A stretch of DNA of 64,000 nucleotides, from positions 496,001-560,000 of the forward strand of contig OZ025795.1 in NCBI GenBank assembly GCA_964019425.1. Direction: 5' to 3'. Shown here in pieces: positions 57,553-64,000 of this stretch. A model generated the notes under the pieces. The model made no database searches, had not been told where the DNA came from, and saw only the letters and a list, made by a program, of their open reading frames with translations. Every line of letters begins with the position of its first letter. Within the stretch, counting starts at the first letter, position 1. A program made the translations under genes and the position numbers. This DNA comes from Flectonema sp. DT1601 (taxonomy: Eukaryota).

Positions 57553-57962
57553 ATACTGAATCTTAACTCTTTTTTTTATCTGTGATGTTTTATTTATGTG
57601 GAATTTAGTCTTTTGAAAAAAAAAAAAAAAAAAAAAAAAAAGAGATAAGTTGTTGGATGATTCAGGCACGTGACGCATCACCACCTCACACCTGTATTGT
57701 ATTGTACCTTTTTATGTTACTTGCCCTGTTGTTTGCGTGCTATTACGGACGATATGCGTTTTTATTTAATAATTTTTAAATCAGGTTTCTAACAAATATT
57801 ATCAAAAGTGAGAATTGTGCCAATGATGAGAACGATGACTCGAGAATGATTAATTTCAAATGCAGATCAGGTGTGTCCTTTTTCTTCTTTCTTTTTCATT
57901 ATGTTTGACAACATTTCTTTTCTCTTTTCTCAACTAGATCTGCTAAGAAGGAAACAATTAAC

Positions 57963-59801
57963 ATGACATACCTCGTGGATATCTACAGCGATGATGACGT
58001 CAAGTTCGATCCCCTTCCGACGAGGGGTGTGCTTTCTGGTTTGACTGAGACTGATCCCGATTATAGTTTGTATGGATACACAACATTGATTCCACGCTAC
58101 AGTGATCCCTGGATTGGTAACTGTAATGACAACAGAGTCGTCGTTCAAAAGGGAATATTTTTAACAAAACTCCATTGGTACAGCCAAGGAGTGCTTCAAG
58201 CTATTACTGACTGGAATAACATAGCAGTGATTGGAAAGGTGGTCGCTTATAGTCTTCTTCCAAATACGAGTCCGATTACGAATTCTAACGCAGTTCAAGA
58301 CATAGAAATACTAGTACACGACATCAGAGGAAATGGAACAATAAAATCAATTTTTAAAAGACTCGAGACATCAATCACGACGGCATTCCCTAATGCTAAA
58401 TGCCAATGCCGAAGGTTAAATGAAATCATTTTATTGGAAGTGTTTGTCGATGATGAGATAATTATTTGTATTCGACTGTTACAGTCTGAAGTCTTATCAT
58501 CCTACATACTAACATCATTGCCAATAGATTGCTTTGGATGCTGCTATGATGGGAATTCGGTTCTGTTATCTCAAAAAGCGATGTACTCATTCAAATACAG
58601 AACTATTGTACCAGATTTTGATCGTTATCCCAGCATCACTAGACAACGTGATGATCTAATCGCTTGTGCAGCAGTTGGATTTCAGGTTGTTGATTACCTT
58701 TCTGATCCTTGTGTGTTTAATAAACTTGCTCCTGAAATACGCTGGACCTCTCCTCGCTATCCCAGAGCAGGTGAAATCAGTCACTGTAGTCCTGGTAGTA
58801 TTTCCCTTAGTAATGAAATAAAGACTTCATTAAATTCAATTGGATCAAAATCGAAAGATGATGTTGAGATACAATATCGAATTCTTCTAGTAAACGAAAG
58901 AGATCATCCTGGACCAGCCGGAATCGAACTGCATCAAAGAGAGTTGCCAAACTTCTCAACCAACCAACAATTAACAGAGAAACAGAAGCGAGATCTTCTC
59001 TTTGTGTTGGAAGAATCAATCACTAAAAACAGTGGAGTGTATTCATGGGAAGGACACCAGAGCGCTCAGGCAATCTTACAAAAGGAAAACAATGTTATCA
59101 ACCATAATCTCTTACGAAATATTCAGATTTACCAATCAAAAGACCGTTATGAAATATTCTACGATGTCCCTCCATTGTTCTATATCGTGATTGATAATTT
59201 CGGATTAATTTATTTGTGTGAAGGTCAGTACTCAGATCTTATTCTAAACAACGAAGTAATACTTCCGATTCAGGGTAGTTTAATGAATTCTGATAACGTC
59301 TTTTCATTATTTGAAGGCGGCAGGCTATTGCGCAAAAGCATGCGAAGCAAACGGCTAGTTGCATCAGCTGTTTTTTCATTGATACGATGTGGAGTACCAG
59401 TTGACTGTGTTGCTGTTGTATGTGAGATTTTCCCGTTTCCGTTTCCACTGTTTCAACCTGTTAAAAAAACGATTTTTCAGAAAAGTAGTGACATTTCTTC
59501 TTTAGTTATGAAACGTGACAATGTTTACTCACCTGACTGGTTTCCAACCTGTAGTTATTCTTATTACAGTTCTATTCCAGAATACAACTGTTCTCGTCCT
59601 TGTCAAAGGGCACCAGAAACGTCCCACTTCGGTCGGTTGTTTTGTATTGCGGTAGCTGCTGATAGCGAAGCTGCAGCTTTAGCAAACATCAACAGAATTG
59701 AATCAACAAAACAATGGATTGAAGAGCGTAGTAAACATTTAATGCAACAAGTGGAAGACACGTTCTGTCAGTTTGAATCTTTGAATAAGCTTGACCTCTA
59801 A
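57963..59801 (+). CDS. Hypothetical protein with divergent nucleotidyltransferase-like N-terminal domain
   Basis: DWNNIAVIG...QDIEILV...YILTSLPIDCFGCCYDG.SV recalls the DW.NV..AG / D.D / F D.DC...YDG pattern of an NTase-fold family in microbial eukaryotes and giant viruses (recognised by eye). Confidence 0.55.
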   Translation: MTYLVDIYSDDDVKFDPLPTRGVLSGLTETDPDYSLYGYTTLIPRYSDPWIGNCNDNRVVVQKGIFLTKLHWYSQGVLQAITDWNNIAVIGKVVAYSLLPNTSPITNSNAVQDIEILVHDIRGNGTIKSIFKRLETSITTAFPNAKCQCRRLNEIILLEVFVDDEIIICIRLLQSEVLSSYILTSLPIDCFGCCYDGNSVLLSQKAMYSFKYRTIVPDFDRYPSITRQRDDLIACAAVGFQVVDYLSDPCVFNKLAPEIRWTSPRYPRAGEISHCSPGSISLSNEIKTSLNSIGSKSKDDVEIQYRILLVNERDHPGPAGIELHQRELPNFSTNQQLTEKQKRDLLFVLEESITKNSGVYSWEGHQSAQAILQKENNVINHNLLRNIQIYQSKDRYEIFYDVPPLFYIVIDNFGLIYLCEGQYSDLILNNEVILPIQGSLMNSDNVFSLFEGGRLLRKSMRSKRLVASAVFSLIRCGVPVDCVAVVCEIFPFPFPLFQPVKKTIFQKSSDISSLVMKRDNVYSPDWFPTCSYSYYSSIPEYNCSRPCQRAPETSHFGRLFCIAVAADSEAAALANINRIESTKQWIEERSKHLMQQVEDTFCQFESLNKLDL

Positions 59802-59894
59802 GGTTTCGATCCTACGGGAAAGCTGCTATCCAAATGTTGTATTAATGCAGTGCTACCCCCGCAGTGCACGCACCAGACGTAGCGATCTTGCACT

Positions 59895-59976
59895 ACCCGT
59901 CTTGAAACACGGACCAAGGAGTCTAACACGTGTGCAAGGTTTAGGGTGTCAAACCCATAAGCCTCACTGAAAGGGA
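59895..59976 (+). pseudogene. LSU rRNA fragment (conserved block between D2 and D3; may extend upstream to ~59850)
   Basis: ACCCGTCTTGAAACACGGACCAAGGAGTCTAACA (LR3 primer region) followed by GGGTGTCAAACCC and TGAAAG as in eukaryotic LSU; no other rDNA adjacent. Confidence 0.9.
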
Positions 59977-60282
59977 CTTTATGTGCCAACCCCTATCCCA
60001 ATATATTGGAAAGATGTGATAAACTGAAAAGCAGAGCAATGTGTGTTTTTATTTTATTTTTATTTTTATTAAAATTTTTATTTTCGTGTACATTCCACCA
60101 GGTATTTACTTAGGGAGGACTAGCTATTCGAGTTGTAGTTGTGTTTTAATATAAACATCTCTTCTTCTAGCAGATTTCATAAGTCTGATGAATTTGTTTG
60201 ACCTAGTAGCAGCTGTCTTTTTTTTTAATTTTATTTCTATCTTCTCAACAGACTGATTTTGTTTATATAAAACACACATTCA

Positions 60283-61785
60283 ATGCCAATTGGAGCAAAG
60301 ATTAGCAACTTGGATGCGATGGAGATTCAAAGAAGAGTTTGTAGTGAGTATTCATACGGGTTATCAGATTCGTTCTCAAGTCCTCGAAGTATGCCAGCTA
60401 GTCCTGATGCAGCTTTTGTTGTTACACCTGAAGGAAAGGCTTTATTAGCGGCTGTTGAGTTGCAAGTTGATGAAAAAGGTGATCTTCATGTTGTCGACGT
60501 TCCTATTAGAACTCTTAGACTGGATGGAGATGAACCAATCATCACACCAGTCAAATTACAACCAGAGAAGAAAAGTGCTTATGGGATCCCCATTGCTGGT
60601 CTTAGCATGCCTCCTCCACCACTGAAACTCGGATGGGAAGCACAACCAATGTTGCAATGGAGGAGAGCATTTCATGATGATGTCAAGGAAACTAGACTCC
60701 ATCCTATTGTAAAATCAAGAAAGACTGAATTAATTCTCGAAGTTGACGATGATGGTATTTCACATGTTCATGAAGTTCCTTGCAGGGTAGCAGCACATAA
60801 AAGGAATTTAGACCCAGAGACGACCTTTGTTGTTGATGAGAAAGGAATTATTCACCATGCTCACACTGTTGTCATATCGTGTCCTGATGATTGTGAATGT
60901 TTAATAACTCGAGTTGATGATGATAAGTCTGGTATATTTGATGAGATAAAGACACCAAATAGAATCAAATTTAATTTTGACCACCCACTCATTCTAATCG
61001 GAGAAGTTAACGGTCCTTCCCATGTCGGGACAGCTGTCATGATTTGCGATGAGAATGGAATCGTAAGAACTTATGCGAGAGTCTCAGAAATGCCAAAATT
61101 CGCAGCCCCGACAACAAAACACATTACATACCAAACACCTAAATTACTAGGCTGGCATTCATCAGGTTCTGGATTGTACAAAAGAGTTTTATACGGTCGC
61201 CATAATGATGTTGTATTAGGTTATGTTTCTTTAGGTCATCCTGATGTTGTCGCTGTTTCTGAGACTGGTGTTGATGTTAAAGTCATTCCTCGTATCGCGA
61301 AAGTTCAAAAACCAAAAGGATGTGATATCACATACATCACAGATGAGGCTCATAATCACCATACAGGCATGACTGTACTTAGAGATTCACCATGTGGTCT
61401 CGTTAAGATAGCTGTCTTATGTGAGGAACCTGATGACGTAACTGTTGAAGAAGTTGTCGGCATGAGAAAATACATGTCATGTCCGGGTAATGTACGTTTA
61501 CCTGGATTATCACCTCCAGTAACACTCATGATTCAGTTTCCTGATAGAAAGATGATATGCCCTCCGTCGTATTACCCTGAACTACCAAGATCTGATCCTG
61601 CTGAACGAAGGGGGTTTATCAAGACATGTATTTGTGATGAGTGCGGACCTGTGTACTTTACTTTAATTCCTAAAAAGGATTGTACGCAACATCAAGTAAT
61701 CATCTCTGATGGGAAGACTTTGAGGGTTGGGTTGAATGTTATGTATGATAGTCCTTGTGGAATTATTATTAAGGCGCAGCTTTGA
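60283..61785 (+). CDS. Hypothetical beta-rich protein with internal repeats
   Basis: 500-aa ORF; recurring (V/C)DE.G.(L/I)H/R units, two LGW motifs and two DSPCG motifs. Confidence 0.75.
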   Translation: MPIGAKISNLDAMEIQRRVCSEYSYGLSDSFSSPRSMPASPDAAFVVTPEGKALLAAVELQVDEKGDLHVVDVPIRTLRLDGDEPIITPVKLQPEKKSAYGIPIAGLSMPPPPLKLGWEAQPMLQWRRAFHDDVKETRLHPIVKSRKTELILEVDDDGISHVHEVPCRVAAHKRNLDPETTFVVDEKGIIHHAHTVVISCPDDCECLITRVDDDKSGIFDEIKTPNRIKFNFDHPLILIGEVNGPSHVGTAVMICDENGIVRTYARVSEMPKFAAPTTKHITYQTPKLLGWHSSGSGLYKRVLYGRHNDVVLGYVSLGHPDVVAVSETGVDVKVIPRIAKVQKPKGCDITYITDEAHNHHTGMTVLRDSPCGLVKIAVLCEEPDDVTVEEVVGMRKYMSCPGNVRLPGLSPPVTLMIQFPDRKMICPPSYYPELPRSDPAERRGFIKTCICDECGPVYFTLIPKKDCTQHQVIISDGKTLRVGLNVMYDSPCGIIIKAQL

Positions 61786-63630
61786 AAAAAAAAAAAAATC
61801 CATTTCCTCCCGCGCTCCTCGTTTGTGGAATATTCACTTGTTTGATTTCGGACACTTGCACGTTGGTCCCTTTCATTTTTCGGACACGTTTCTTTCGTTT
61901 TTTTTTTATTTTTTATTTTCTTTTAATTCTCTTTTTCCCCAGTTACACATTTCCTTTTTTTTTTTTGTTGCAGCCGTTGCGTAGGAGCACCGTTGCAAAA
62001 ATGCACACTCCAGCGAACGCGGAAAAGAAAAAAAAAAGAAAAAAAAAAAAAAAACGAATAGAACAAAAAGACGCAACGCACGATGGCTGTACTACTATGT
62101 TTCATTTTATTGTCCTCCCTCAAGATATTTTTTCAAGGGAAAAAAAAAAAAAAAAAAAAAAAAAAGAGAGAGACAACTGTTTTGAGCAGTTCTCTTCCCT
62201 CCTCCGCCCCTTCTTGTCTACAGGAATTTTATGGTTAAAAAAACAAGAAAAAAAAACAAAAAAAAAAAAACTCAACGCCACTCAAGGAATAGCCACCTGT
62301 AGCTCAAGAGAAAGTACCCGCATATCGGTTATACAGACAAGTCAAGTCTGAAGCATTCTTAGTTTTCTTCGAAAGAAAGGAAAAAAAAAAAAAAAAAAAA
62401 AAAAAAACGTTTTTCATTCTGGTAAATCTGCACCAAATCTCCTTCGGTTTTGGGAGAGATCCCTTTCCCCCCCTCTTTTTGTTTCACTCCTTTTGGTTAC
62501 CTGAATTGCCCGCAACGCGTTGTGGATGTCGTGATTACGGACGACGTTAGCAGGTATACATTATCTTAAAACTAAAAATAAAAAGTAAAAAAATAATAAG
62601 AATAAAAGGAAAAAAACACAAATGAGAATAATTGTTATTATACGTACCATCTGCCTGCGGATTCCGTGATCGATAAAGTTCGTTCGCACGAGCAGGTCAC
62701 CAATAAGAGAAGCGATGAAAGTGTAGAATAGGCAGAGCAGTCGTGTGTTATCATTAAATTGATACATCTTCTGCAAGATTGTTGTTGAATAGTGCCACAA
62801 GCAACTCCAGACATCAGTTTATTGTGTTTCTGCCAACTAATATAGGAAGGTTTCGTAAACCTTCTTTGTAGTTGGGTTCAATAACTGCGCAGTTGTTGCT
62901 TCTTTTTCTTTTTTTTTCCTTCTTTTTTTCCCCCTTCTTTTTTTGTTGTTGTTGTGCGATTTTTGGTCGACTTTGCAGGTGGAAAAAAAATAAATAAATA
63001 AGGGAGAGTAGAATGAAGCCAATCCCCTGCAAAAACAACGACAACAAAAAATAAACACAAAAAAAAAAGTATACACTCTTACGATCCCTCCGATTAGTTA
63101 TTTTTTAAATGAATCAGGAGCGTCCATTCCTCTTTCCGAAAAACCCTCTTTGTTTTGGTTATATTTTCGCTACTGTTGCACTTCTGCACCGGTCAGCGTT
63201 GTTCAATATTCTATTTCCTGTTAGTGGCTGTCGGCATCTTCATGCATACAACCACTACTACACGAGGGAGGACAACCCATATACCTTGAGTTTTGGGTTC
63301 TTTCCCGACTGCAGGATCATCGTCCCTTCTACCACACGTAGCGTATTCGCAGTGTTGTTGTTCGAAAAAAAAAGAAATTGGTGCAAAAAAAAAAAAAAAA
63401 AAAAATCTTCTTTCGTGCGAACTAAAATTCAAATGTTTTGCATTGAATAAGAATAACTGTTTCATTACCTTTGTACCACTTGTTTTCGTATACGGTTTAA
63501 GTACCTTCTTTCTTAGTTCCCTTCATCGGACAGGTGTTCATATTTTGTCTTCTGAATGAGATGCGTTCTTAAAGAAGAGAATTTGCTGTTTCTCGTTTTT
63601 ATTTTTTGACGCCCGCATTATTTTGCTGAA

Positions 63631-63666
<36 letters not shown>

Positions 63667-64000
63667 TTACTTTATTCGAACCCGAAAAATCTTCCCGTCT
63701 TCTGAGACACCTGTTCTCTAATGTTTTCTCTTTCTCTCCACTGCCTTTTGGTCCCAGACCCGAAACTCTCTCTTTATTTATGTTTTCCCCTTCCACTTTG
63801 AATTGTGATGACACGTTTGAGTTATTATTTTACAAGTGTTTTCATTATTATTATTATTTTTTAACTTGAATTTTCAGAGTTTTGTTATCTACACACATGA
63901 TAATAGAAGGAGGAAAGGACATTGTTTTTATTAAAAAAAAAAAACCACCTTTTTTTTTCCCCAACAGGTGTGGGGGGCTAGAGGGGAAATGCCACCTTCA

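Noticed and set aside
62290..62345. tRNA-like start (GCCACCTGTAGCTCAAG)
   Set aside because: No D-loop GG, no TTC T-loop and no acceptor stem closure.
1..64000. Spliced-leader RNA gene, U snRNAs, telomeric repeats, non-standard genetic code
   Set aside because: No matching motifs seen; conserved genes read through in the standard code and end in TAA, TAG or TGA.

Overview
AT-rich eukaryotic nuclear DNA with long poly(A)/poly(T) tracts. All ~30 credible protein genes lie on the + strand across the 64 kb. Many have a T-rich tract plus AG just upstream of the ATG, and several have short GT-AG introns. This organisation suggests a euglenozoan-type (possibly diplonemid) directional gene cluster with trans- and cis-splicing; the taxon is inferred, not shown. 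Recognisable genes: microbial-type PARG-like, two 2OG-Fe(II) oxygenases (one TPA1/OGFOD1), M14 carboxypeptidase, an NMNAT + nicotinamide-riboside-kinase fusion, TYW3, VPS53, a multi-ArfGAP + TLDc protein, a bacterial-type UDG, a 2H phosphoesterase, pectin acetylesterase/Notum-like, NDUFAF6 and a CRL/GCR1-type 7TM receptor. Most notable non-coding features: (1) 18 near-identical 132-bp units inside intron 2 of NDUFAF6, each shaped like a box C/D snoRNA; (2) a 1.58-kb TA-flanked non-autonomous DNA transposon with ~200-bp terminal inverted repeats that carries a decayed peptidyl-transferase-centre fragment of LSU rRNA; (3) a second LSU rRNA fragment right after a stop codon; (4) a small Helentron/HINE-like repeat family; (5) a GC-rich multi-hairpin island near the window start; (6) cis-intron acceptors that are A/C-rich rather than pyrimidine-rich. 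All calls come from reading the sequence by eye; no searches were run.
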